From positions 326,634 to 390,633 of the forward strand of contig CAXXFV010000003.1 in NCBI GenBank assembly GCA_963674595.2: a stretch of DNA of 64,000 nucleotides, read 5' to 3'. The notes under the pieces were generated by a model. It searched no databases and was not told the DNA's origin. It was given only the letters and a program-made list of their open reading frames with translations. Source of the stretch: a bacterium. GTDB taxonomy: Bacteria; Zhuqueibacterota; Zhuqueibacteria; Residuimicrobiales; Krinioviventaceae. Below, in pieces: positions 10,129-18,974 of the stretch. Both the position numbers and the translations under genes were made by a program. Each line of letters opens with the position of its first letter. The first letter of the stretch is position 1.

Positions 10129-11238
10129 ATGAAAAAAATAAAACGAGTTGGAATTCTTACAGGCGGTGGTGATTGTCCCGGTTTAAACGCAGTTATTCGC
10201 GCTGTCAGCAAATCGCTGATTAACAACTGTGGTATTGAAGTTATTGGTATTGAAGACGGTTTTTTGGGGCTTATTGAAAAGAACATGCACAAACTGGGCT
10301 GGAATGATGTTTCCGGTATTTTGCAGCGGGGCGGCACAATTTTAGGAACGTCCAACAAGGCAAATCCCTTTCACCATCCATTTAAAGTAAATGGCGAAAC
10401 ACAATTTGTTGATTATTCCGATCAAACCATACAGAATATTAATGATATGGGCATAGACGCACTTGTTTGTATTGGCGGAGACGGCACCATGACCATTGCC
10501 AATCAATTAATTGAAAAGGGACTGAAAATCGTTGGTGTGCCCAAGACCATAGACAATGATCTCTATGGAACAGACTTTACATTTGGTTATGATACAGCCG
10601 TATCCATTGCGGCGGAAGCAATAGACAGAATTCATACAACAGCTTCTTCACATCATCGTGTTATGATTGTAGAAGTTATGGGAAGATACGCCGGCTGGCT
10701 GACATTGGGCGCCGGTTTGGCAAGCGGTGCAGACATCATTCTTATTCCCGAAATTGAATATGATCTTGATATGATTTGCCAAAAAGTGCTGGAGCGCAGC
10801 AAAAAAGGACGGCGGTTCAGTATTATTGCCGTTGCCGAAGGTGCAAAACCTGAAGACGGAGAATTGACAGTCAGCCGGGTAATTGAAGACAGCCCGGACC
10901 AGCTCAGGTTGGGAGGCATCAGTATTAAACTCGGTAATCAAATTGAAGACAAAACAGGGCTGGAAACCAGGGCCACGGTTTTGGGGCATTTACAACGAGG
11001 CGGCACACCCACCGCTTTTGACAGAATACTTGCAACGAGATATGGCGTGGCAGCAGCACAACTGGTGGCAACCAATAAATTCGACAGAATGGTAGCCCTT
11101 CAGGGAAATGAAATTACATCCGTGCCGATTAAAGACATCGGCGGAAAAACACGAACCGTACCGCTCGATTCCCCTCTTATCTGGGTTGCGGAATCTGTTG
11201 GTGTCAGTCTCGGTAACAACACCCAAACTTTGGAATAA
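10129..11238 (+). CDS. pfkA: 6-phosphofructokinase, group III type (GGDG/PKTIDND, probably ATP-dependent)
   Basis: TGGGDCPGLN, GGTILGT, IGGDGT, PKTIDND, EVMGRYAG and LGHLQRGG motifs. GGAGG RBS. Confidence 0.93.
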   Translation: MKKIKRVGILTGGGDCPGLNAVIRAVSKSLINNCGIEVIGIEDGFLGLIEKNMHKLGWNDVSGILQRGGTILGTSNKANPFHHPFKVNGETQFVDYSDQTIQNINDMGIDALVCIGGDGTMTIANQLIEKGLKIVGVPKTIDNDLYGTDFTFGYDTAVSIAAEAIDRIHTTASSHHRVMIVEVMGRYAGWLTLGAGLASGADIILIPEIEYDLDMICQKVLERSKKGRRFSIIAVAEGAKPEDGELTVSRVIEDSPDQLRLGGISIKLGNQIEDKTGLETRATVLGHLQRGGTPTAFDRILATRYGVAAAQLVATNKFDRMVALQGNEITSVPIKDIGGKTRTVPLDSPLIWVAESVGVSLGNNTQTLE

Positions 11239-11247
11239 ATTTTCTAT

Positions 11248-11286
11248 TAAAGCGGATTGTTTCTTACACCTTCCGCTTTATTTTTT
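11248..11286 (+). terminator. Rho-independent terminator after pfkA
   Basis: TAAAGCGGA...TCCGCTTTA stem followed by TTTTTT, between convergent genes. Confidence 0.65.
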
Positions 11287-11336
11287 CTCATTTTAAACAA
11301 ACCCTGACCGTATTTTACCAGGTATCGGCAAATTTT

Positions 11337-11654
11337 TTAATCAATAAATATTGCACCAGCAAAACCGATCCCGGCGCCAAGTATTAACGAAAACACAATC
11401 ATGGGAACGATTGCTTTTTTGTCTTTCGGATAAACGATGATCATAACCGGAACAGCCGTCATCAATGAAATAAAAATACCGGAAACCCATAAGGGAATGC
11501 CCCAATTTACAAAAGGGATTATCAAACCAAGCACAAAATAATGCATAAAAGCAGAAACACAGGCCGAACGGTCTAATTTTTGAACAATCATAGGAACGGC
11601 ATCGATCAATCCGGCGACAATCCCTATGATTACGGCTATAAAAAAATTATTCAT
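11337..11654 (-). CDS. Small 4-TM membrane protein, unknown function
   Basis: 105 aa, four hydrophobic helices, AAGG upstream. Confidence 0.75.
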   Translation of the reverse strand: MNNFFIAVIIGIVAGLIDAVPMIVQKLDRSACVSAFMHYFVLGLIIPFVNWGIPLWVSGIFISLMTAVPVMIIVYPKDKKAIVPMIVFSLILGAGIGFAGAIFID

Positions 11655-11689
11655 CGAAATAATATTTTTCCTTTTAATTGAGTCAATTT

Positions 11690-12145
11690 TTATTCTTTAT
11701 AAGCTTTCAGAATTTTACTGATAATATTGCTCGTTGACATACCATCGATGCCGGCCAAAAGCGCAATTTCACCGCCATAGCCTTCCACCAGTTTTCTTTC
11801 TTTCTGATTAAGCGAATCAAGTGTATAATCGCCGCCTTTGGCAAAAATATCGGGCTCAATCAGTTCGATCAATTTCATCGGACTCGGTTCGTCAAAAATA
11901 ACAACATAATCCACACATGTCATAGCAGATAATAGTTTTGCCCGCTGGCTTTCCTGAACAATCGGTCTCAACGGCCCTTTAAATGCCCGCACCGAAGCAT
12001 CACTGTTTAATCCTACAACCATAACATCACCCAATGATCTGGCCTTTTCCAGATATAATATATGACCCACATGCATAATATCATAGCAACCGTTTGTCCA
12101 AACAACTTTTTTTCCGGCGGCCTTTAATCGGGTTGTAATTGTTTT
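11690..12145 (-). CDS. hldE: RfaE/HldE domain II (cytidylyltransferase-fold heptose-1-P adenylyltransferase); C-terminal half of a frameshifted bifunctional gene
   Basis: The frame extends upstream of the ORF-track start as RLKAAGKKVVWTNGCYDIMHVGH, then VGLNSDASV, KGPLRPI, VDYVVIFDE, KGGDY and STSNII. Confidence 0.85.
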   Translation of the reverse strand, partial: KTITTRLKAAGKKVVWTNGCYDIMHVGHILYLEKARSLGDVMVVGLNSDASVRAFKGPLRPIVQESQRAKLLSAMTCVDYVVIFDEPSPMKLIELIEPDIFAKGGDYTLDSLNQKERKLVEGYGGEIALLAGIDGMSTSNIISKILKAYKE

Positions 12146-13152
12146 AATTGTGCCGGTGTAACCAGTTTTTCTGCCAAAACTTCCACATCCAACTGTTTTT
12201 CCTGCTCAATAACATCCTGAACAGTAACGGAAACAAGTCCCGGACGCGACACAGCAACACCGGCCGTTGTATTTGTAAACCTGGCAATTTCCTGCGCATC
12301 GATTTGGGCCAATAAACCGGCTGTCACAGAAGCAACTACGGTTTCTCCGGCCCCGGTAACATCAAAAATTTTAAATGTTCGAGTTGGAACGTGATAGTAA
12401 TTTTCGGTTTGAAAAACATAAATACCTTCAGACCCGCACGTTAAAAACACATGATCACACTTTAATTTTTTTTGCAGCGTTTTTCCCAGCTTTTCGATGT
12501 TATCCTCATCCTGCTCGACAACCGTTCTGCTTTCCTGCTCGTTTGGTGTCACGGCTGTAAATCCGGCAAACAAACCAAGTTGTTTTTCAGAATCTCCGAT
12601 ACAGATCTTGCCGTCAAAAAAAGATTTCACAGCCTGAATAAATTCTTTATGGATAAAACATTCCGTTTTATCCATTACAACAAGTGCGTCCATTTTTGCA
12701 GAATGTTTTTTAATTTTCGATAATATCTTTTCCTGCAAAATTTGGGGAATGTTTTGGTTTCCGGGGGTGTCAATTCTTAAAATATCATGATCAGGGTAAT
12801 GTGCACCTTTTACTGAAATCCGTGTTTGACAATTGGTAAAAACTGATTTATCCTGCATAATTATATCGGTATTAATCCCCTGTTTCGAAATTTGCCGTAA
12901 CAGTTCATGTCCGTTTGCATCATCACCAACAAATCCTGCGAGCACCACATGGCAGCCGAAATTTTTAAGCAAAACCGCCACATGTGCCGCACCGCCGGGT
13001 TCCTGTGAACGCTGTTTACTGTGCACAATAGGTATAGGACTTTCTTCAGAAAGCGAATACATGGAACCGCGTATATTTTCATTCATAAAAATATCACCAA
13101 CCACCATCACATTTTTATCTTTTATCTTTTCAAAAACAGACATGTCATTCAT
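12124..13152 (-). CDS. hldE: RfaE/HldE domain I (PfkB/ribokinase-fold heptose-7-P kinase-like, degenerate motifs); N-terminal half
   Basis: VMVVGD, PGGAAHVA, GFVGDD, TPNEQE and DVTGAGETV. Joins domain II if one A is added at 12142-12145. Confidence 0.8.
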   Translation of the reverse strand: MNDMSVFEKIKDKNVMVVGDIFMNENIRGSMYSLSEESPIPIVHSKQRSQEPGGAAHVAVLLKNFGCHVVLAGFVGDDANGHELLRQISKQGINTDIIMQDKSVFTNCQTRISVKGAHYPDHDILRIDTPGNQNIPQILQEKILSKIKKHSAKMDALVVMDKTECFIHKEFIQAVKSFFDGKICIGDSEKQLGLFAGFTAVTPNEQESRTVVEQDEDNIEKLGKTLQKKLKCDHVFLTCGSEGIYVFQTENYYHVPTRTFKIFDVTGAGETVVASVTAGLLAQIDAQEIARFTNTTAGVAVSRPGLVSVTVQDVIEQEKQLDVEVLAEKLVTPAQLKQLQPD

Positions 13153-13345
13153 TTTTAATCCTGTATGTATTTTAAATTTATGTTTAAAATTTTAAATTAA
13201 CACTTTCTTTTAAAATATCAACATCTATTTCAGCAAACATCAAAGCACAACTCTCATGTTATTGAAATTATAAACATTAACATTGTATTCAACCAACTGA
13301 TTTCGTATATTCAACACACCAAAATTATGATACGGAGAGAAAAAC

Positions 13346-14302
13346 GTGAAGTATTTAATTACAGGTGGAGCCGGCTTTATAGGCTCCAATCTTGCAGAAG
13401 CACTTTTACAAAAAGGTGAACAGGTTGTTGTTTTGGACAACTTTTCAACAGGAAATCGCCATAATTTATCAAGTTTTAAGAAAAACACGCAACAGTTCAA
13501 ACTTATTGAAGGCGACATTCGTGATCAGGAAACATGCCATGAAGCTTGTCAAGGTGTGGATTATGTGCTGCACCAGGGTGCTTTGGGTTCAATTCCGCGT
13601 TCTATTGCACACCCGGTGACAACGAATGCAAACAATGTTGACGGCACACTAAACATTCTGGTGGCTGCCAGAGACGCAAATGTAAAAAGACTCGTTTTTG
13701 CTTCGTCTTCTTCGGTTTATGGAAGTAATAAAACATTGCCGAAAGAAGAATCCATGATTGTTAAACCCATCTCCCCATATGCGGCTTCAAAATATATCGG
13801 AGAAATGTATTGCCGGATTTTTCAGGAACTTTATGGCTTGAAAACAATTGCATTAAGATATTTTAATGTTTTCGGCCGCCGACAGGACCCGAATTCTGCC
13901 TATGCCGCTGTTATTCCTCTTTTTGTCAAAAGTTTATTGTCCGATTCAGCCCCGGTTATTTTTGGTGATGGATTGCAAAGCCGTGATTTCAGCTATATTG
14001 ACAACGTAATCCAGGCCAATTTACTGGCCTGTGAAGCGCCTGATGAAGCATGTGGACAGGTATATAATATTGCCTGTGGAGAACGGACGACCGTTAACGA
14101 TTTATATTATAAAATTTGCGAACTATTGGGGATAAAGATTGAACCTCGCTATGAGTCGAACAGAAAGGGAGATGTTAAGCACTCCCTGGCAGACATATCA
14201 AAAGCAAAATCATTGTTGAATTATAATCCTAAATATAACGTATTTGACGGATTAACCGAAGCGATGAACTGGTATAAAGATCATATTAATGAGTGGTTAT
14301 AG
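13346..14302 (+). CDS. Extended SDR NAD-dependent epimerase, WbpP/TviC-like UDP-HexNAc 4-epimerase
   Basis: TGGAGFIGSN, HQGALGSIPRS, ASSSSVYG, YAASK and LRYFNVFGRRQDPNSAYAAVIP. GTG start after GGAG. Confidence 0.88.
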   Translation: MKYLITGGAGFIGSNLAEALLQKGEQVVVLDNFSTGNRHNLSSFKKNTQQFKLIEGDIRDQETCHEACQGVDYVLHQGALGSIPRSIAHPVTTNANNVDGTLNILVAARDANVKRLVFASSSSVYGSNKTLPKEESMIVKPISPYAASKYIGEMYCRIFQELYGLKTIALRYFNVFGRRQDPNSAYAAVIPLFVKSLLSDSAPVIFGDGLQSRDFSYIDNVIQANLLACEAPDEACGQVYNIACGERTTVNDLYYKICELLGIKIEPRYESNRKGDVKHSLADISKAKSLLNYNPKYNVFDGLTEAMNWYKDHINEWL

Positions 14303-14311
14303 GGCCATATA

Positions 14312-16939
14312 ATGACAAACACGCTGCAATCCCAACAAATTATATCAATGATTATGGCGGCGGGGAAAGGGTCCCGCATGAAAACGCCGGGAACACACAA
14401 AGTTTGCCACAAAATTAATGGTAAAACCGTTATTCACAATACACTTGAAACACTGCAACAGTGCGGCATCCAAACAAACGTCATTATCGTTGGCGATAAT
14501 TCGGAACAGGTTATTCAGGCCGCTTCCGGGATAGACAATTGTGAAAACTATTACTGTCTTCAAAACGAACAAAGAGGGACCGGTCACGCGGCAAAAATAG
14601 GCGCACACTGGCTCGACATGATGGATTACCAGGGAGCCGTTCTCATTTTAGCCGGAGATAAAATCATTGATCCGGACACGCTTTTAAATTTTGTTGACAA
14701 TTTTAAACAGTCCGGTGCCGACCTGTCGTTTATGATCGGTCATGCAAAACATTATCCCAGTGCCGGACGCGTTGTCATGAATGATCAAGGACAGGCTGCA
14801 GGAATTGTCGAAATTTTTGACCTTAAAAAAGCGTTGTTTGTTAAATATCTTGAAAAAGATTTATCACAAAAAAATTTAGACCCAGAATCAATAATTACAC
14901 GTGCCAGGAAAACATTTGGAAATGAAAAGAAAGCCCAAAAAGCGTTGGGCGCTTTATGGAATTTCCTCAAAAAAAACACCAAGGTAACAAAAACAGACCT
15001 TGGTAAACACCTTAAAAAAACGGCAACAATCTCTTTAGGGAAAACAGATTTTTCTGTAGAACATGTAAAAAATTCTGAATATACTAACCAATCTGTTTAC
15101 CTGGTTAAAGCACAGGCCCTGCAGTATGCACTGGGCAAACTCTCGTCAGACAATGCCCAGAATGAACTGTATCTGCCGGATATTATTCATATTTTAAATT
15201 CTGATAGTTATAAACTCAAAACGTTCCTGGTTGAAGAACCGGAAAAAATTATGGCCTTTAATACAATTGAAGAGCTTGAACAAATAAGAGTTGTTTTATC
15301 AAAACAGGAAATTAAAATCATAGAACCGAAAAAAGACAGCAGAAAAGTTAGTGAATGGCTAAATATAATCGAATCAAACAACAGTGATTTGAATTCGTTT
15401 TTTAATGAAACCTATGGCTATTGTCACGACCTTATTCCCGAAAAAAAGCAGCGTCTCAAACAAATGCTTGAGCATTACAAAAACAAATTTGGTGATGCAC
15501 AGGTAGTAATTGCCAGAACACCGGGACGTGTAAATTTAATGGGACGGCATATTGAGCATCAGGGTGGACATTGTAACATGATTGCAATTGACAGGGACTT
15601 GTTTCTTGTCGCCGGCACACGCAATGACCACATGATTCACATAGAAAATACAGACCGTCGTCATTTTAAAAACCGGATATTTTCCTATAGTGAGTTATTG
15701 GCTTCCCCAAAAATGAATCAACCCTGGATTGATATTGTTAACAGTCAGAGAATAAAAAACATTTTATCAAAAAATCCAGGCGATTGGTCGCATTATGTCA
15801 AAGCAGCAGCAGCACGTTTTCAATATGAATATCAGGACCGGCTTTTAAAAGGAATGAACATTGTTGTATCCGGGGACATTCCTATTGCTTCAGGGCTCAG
15901 TTCATCCTCAGCGCTTGTTGTTGCGACTTCAGAAGTCATTGCCTCTTTAAATTCCATCAAATTGTCAAAACAAAAATTTGTAGAATTATGCGGCGAAGGC
16001 GAATGGTTTGTCGGCACACGCGGAGGCGCCGGTGATCAGGCAGCCATGAAATTCAGTCAAAAAGGTTATGTAACCAAAATAGCATTTTTTCCAATCAAAG
16101 TTGAAGATTCGGTTCGACTGGCTGATGATTATACGGTATTGATTTGCAATTCCCAAATAAAAGCGCAAAAAACAGCCGGGGCCAAAGACACTTTTAATCA
16201 TCGGGTAGCCTGTTATCATTTGGCACGGGAATATATCAAATTAAAATTTCCACAACATTCCGAAAAAATTATTCATTTAAGAGACATCAACACAGAAAAT
16301 TTAAATATTAACAACCAGGAACTATTAAATCTTGTTAAATCCTGTCCGGAAAAATTGACAAGAAAACAAATTATAAAATTATTTTCAGATGATATATGCA
16401 GCAAATATCTCAGTACTCATTCGGAAAACTATAACGAATATCCGTTACGTAATGTATTGATGTATGGTTTGTCGGAATGTCAGCGCAGTAAAAAAAGTGC
16501 CGAACTTATTCAGGAAAATAAAATAAAGGAATTTGGAAACCTGATAAACATTTCACACAACGGTGACCGGATTGTATCTCATTCTGCCGATGGCACACAA
16601 AAGGCTTTTTTAGCGGATTATTCCGATAACCGTTTGGATGAACTGATCAATGTATCACAAACAAACGGCACATTCTGTTTATCAAACCATTCCGGTTCCT
16701 ACAGTTGCAGCATTCCCAAAATCGATTATATGGTTGATCTGGCAAATTCTGTTGACGGTGTTTGCGGTGCCCAGATTCTTGGGGCCGGATTAGGCGGCTG
16801 TATCATGGTACTGGTGCAAAAAAATGCCAGTGAACAGTTACAATCAAAGCTAATTGAAAATTATTATCAGCCAAACAACCTGGAACCGCAAATGCTAATA
16901 TGCGTTCCGGTTGCCGGTAGTGGGACAATATCCATCTAA
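14312..16939 (+). CDS. Fusion of a GlmU-like sugar-1-P nucleotidyltransferase and a galactokinase-like GHMP kinase
   Basis: N-half: MAAGKGSRMK, QRGTGHA, LAGD and DNAQNELYLPD. C-half: PGRVNLMG, PIASGLSSSSA, GDQ and GAGLGGC. Confidence 0.88.
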   Translation: MTNTLQSQQIISMIMAAGKGSRMKTPGTHKVCHKINGKTVIHNTLETLQQCGIQTNVIIVGDNSEQVIQAASGIDNCENYYCLQNEQRGTGHAAKIGAHWLDMMDYQGAVLILAGDKIIDPDTLLNFVDNFKQSGADLSFMIGHAKHYPSAGRVVMNDQGQAAGIVEIFDLKKALFVKYLEKDLSQKNLDPESIITRARKTFGNEKKAQKALGALWNFLKKNTKVTKTDLGKHLKKTATISLGKTDFSVEHVKNSEYTNQSVYLVKAQALQYALGKLSSDNAQNELYLPDIIHILNSDSYKLKTFLVEEPEKIMAFNTIEELEQIRVVLSKQEIKIIEPKKDSRKVSEWLNIIESNNSDLNSFFNETYGYCHDLIPEKKQRLKQMLEHYKNKFGDAQVVIARTPGRVNLMGRHIEHQGGHCNMIAIDRDLFLVAGTRNDHMIHIENTDRRHFKNRIFSYSELLASPKMNQPWIDIVNSQRIKNILSKNPGDWSHYVKAAAARFQYEYQDRLLKGMNIVVSGDIPIASGLSSSSALVVATSEVIASLNSIKLSKQKFVELCGEGEWFVGTRGGAGDQAAMKFSQKGYVTKIAFFPIKVEDSVRLADDYTVLICNSQIKAQKTAGAKDTFNHRVACYHLAREYIKLKFPQHSEKIIHLRDINTENLNINNQELLNLVKSCPEKLTRKQIIKLFSDDICSKYLSTHSENYNEYPLRNVLMYGLSECQRSKKSAELIQENKIKEFGNLINISHNGDRIVSHSADGTQKAFLADYSDNRLDELINVSQTNGTFCLSNHSGSYSCSIPKIDYMVDLANSVDGVCGAQILGAGLGGCIMVLVQKNASEQLQSKLIENYYQPNNLEPQMLICVPVAGSGTISI

Positions 16940-16966
16940 GTAAATATATTCTAAATAGAGTTCTGC

Positions 16967-18379
16967 TTGAACAGATTAGAGAAAAATAATTTTACAGATA
17001 CTTTTTTAAACAGATTTTTACAATACAATTCTATATACCAGTTGTTTGAAAAAAGAGATACGATTCTGATTGGTGTATCGGGTGGGGCCGATTCTGTTGT
17101 TTTACTTGATATTTTTAACAGGATTTCAGAACAGTGGGAACTCAAAATCATCGCAGCCCATCTTAATCACCAGTTACGGGGTCCGGATGCCGACAAGGAT
17201 GCCGAGTTTGTTCAAGAACTTTTGAAAAACAAATCCATTCCTTTGGTCCTTGAAAAATACGATGTAAAAGCCTGGTGTCGTGAAAACAATGTCAGTGTGG
17301 AAACCGGTGCCAGGCAGGTCCGATATAATTTTTATAAAAAAACAGCAGAACAACACTGTTGCCGCAGGGTTGCCACCGGCCATCATTTGGATGATCAGGC
17401 AGAAACAATATTATACCGGCTAATGCGCGGTGCCGGAACGTTGGGTTTGTCCGGTATTCGGCAGAAAAGAGGGATTTACATCAGACCATTGTTGTTTGCC
17501 GACCGCCGGTCTATAATTAAATATGCCGACGAAAACAATATTAGCTTTCGTAATGACGCAACAAACCAGGATATTTCCTATCGCCGTAACCGGATACGAC
17601 ACAATTTAATACCGGAAATTCAAACCCACTTTAATCCCAACATCTCCCAAACTCTTTCAAATTTGGGAACCATTATGGCGGAAACCGAAGAATATCTCAA
17701 CCATCAGGCAAATATAGCATTAAATGACTGTTCCAGGTTTCAGGATGAAAACAAAATTATCCTTGATATTAAAGAGTTTTTACTGTACTTTAGGGCTTTA
17801 CAAAAACATATAATTCGGAACGCCATTAAAAAGGTAGGGACAAGGACCTATAATCCGGATTATATTACATTAGGAAAAATCCTGCAATTGTGCCGCAAAC
17901 AAAAAAGCGGACGCTCTTTACCCATTTATGATGATATTTCCATTAAAATCAGCCGAGATGAACTTGTCATTCAAAAAACTGAGAAACAAGTTAAAGAGAT
18001 CGTCGTAGACGAAATACCTGCGAATATAGAATTGTGGGACAATCAAATTTTAGAAATAAATAGAAACTTAAAATCGTTAGATCAGATAATAAAAGCAAGT
18101 ACGTCGACAAAAATTTGGATTGACGAAGAACGGATATCGACACCATTAAAAATCAGAACAGCAAGACACGGAGATCGTTTTTATCCGCTCAACATGAAGG
18201 GATCAAAAAAATTATCCGATTTTTTTATCGACGAAAAAATACCAAATTACAAGCGAGATCGGATTCCTGTTCTGGAATGCGGGAATAAAATAGTCTGGAT
18301 TTGTGGCTACAGGCTCGATGATCGTTTTAAAATAACTTTAAACACAACAAAAAGCCTGAAACTTGAAATAAAAGGTTGA
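16967..18379 (+). CDS. tilS: tRNA(Ile)-lysidine synthetase
   Basis: GVSGGADS, HLNHQLRG, GHHLDDQAET, RNRIRH and C-terminal KKLSDFFIDEKIP. Start codon uncertain. Confidence 0.95.
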   Translation: MNRLEKNNFTDTFLNRFLQYNSIYQLFEKRDTILIGVSGGADSVVLLDIFNRISEQWELKIIAAHLNHQLRGPDADKDAEFVQELLKNKSIPLVLEKYDVKAWCRENNVSVETGARQVRYNFYKKTAEQHCCRRVATGHHLDDQAETILYRLMRGAGTLGLSGIRQKRGIYIRPLLFADRRSIIKYADENNISFRNDATNQDISYRRNRIRHNLIPEIQTHFNPNISQTLSNLGTIMAETEEYLNHQANIALNDCSRFQDENKIILDIKEFLLYFRALQKHIIRNAIKKVGTRTYNPDYITLGKILQLCRKQKSGRSLPIYDDISIKISRDELVIQKTEKQVKEIVVDEIPANIELWDNQILEINRNLKSLDQIIKASTSTKIWIDEERISTPLKIRTARHGDRFYPLNMKGSKKLSDFFIDEKIPNYKRDRIPVLECGNKIVWICGYRLDDRFKITLNTTKSLKLEIKG

Positions 18380-18933
18380 TATTGCACAATAAATCAGAAT
18401 TTGAAAAAGCCGTTTACGATAAAAAATTCAGAGTTTTAATAACGGCAGAACAAATTCAAACCCGAATAAAGGAACTTGGAAAACAGATTACAAAAGACTA
18501 TCGCGAAAAGAACCCCATAATGATTGGGATATTAAACGGCAGTTTTATTTTTTTTGCAGACCTTGTTCGGAATATTGAAACAGATATTGAAATTGATTTT
18601 ATGAAAATATCCAGCTATGGAGACGAAAAAATTTCTTCAGGCCGGATCAACGAATTAAAAACAATTGATGCCGACATTACAAACCGGCATGTTTTAATAG
18701 TAGAGGATATTGTCGATACAGGTTTATCCTTAAAATATATCGAAAAAAAGCTGACAGAACAAAACCCGGCATCCTGTAAATTTGTTTCGCTTCTTTATAA
18801 AAAAGAAGCTGTCAAAGTCGACGTGAATATAGATTATCTCGGTTTTGAAATTAAAAACGAGTTTGTTGTTGGGTATGGATTGGATCACAAACAAATTTTA
18901 CGCAATCTTTCGGAAATCTATGTATTAGATTAA
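18376..18933 (+). CDS. hpt: Hypoxanthine phosphoribosyltransferase
   Basis: VLIVEDIVDTGLSL PRPP motif and FVVGYGLD. Canonical position between tilS and ftsH. Confidence 0.95.
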   Translation: MILHNKSEFEKAVYDKKFRVLITAEQIQTRIKELGKQITKDYREKNPIMIGILNGSFIFFADLVRNIETDIEIDFMKISSYGDEKISSGRINELKTIDADITNRHVLIVEDIVDTGLSLKYIEKKLTEQNPASCKFVSLLYKKEAVKVDVNIDYLGFEIKNEFVVGYGLDHKQILRNLSEIYVLD

Positions 18934-18974
18934 TAATAAATCAAGTATTTATATAAGGATTAAAGAATATTTTG

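Noticed and set aside
10129-11238. PPi-dependent phosphofructokinase
   Set aside because: The diagnostic position is Gly (GGDG), not Asp (GGDD), which favours ATP use despite the Lys in PKTIDND.
12135-12150. Programmed -1 frameshift in hldE
   Set aside because: A_TTA_AAA is not a canonical X_XXY_YYZ site in frame and no clear stimulatory structure is visible. A single-base indel is simpler.
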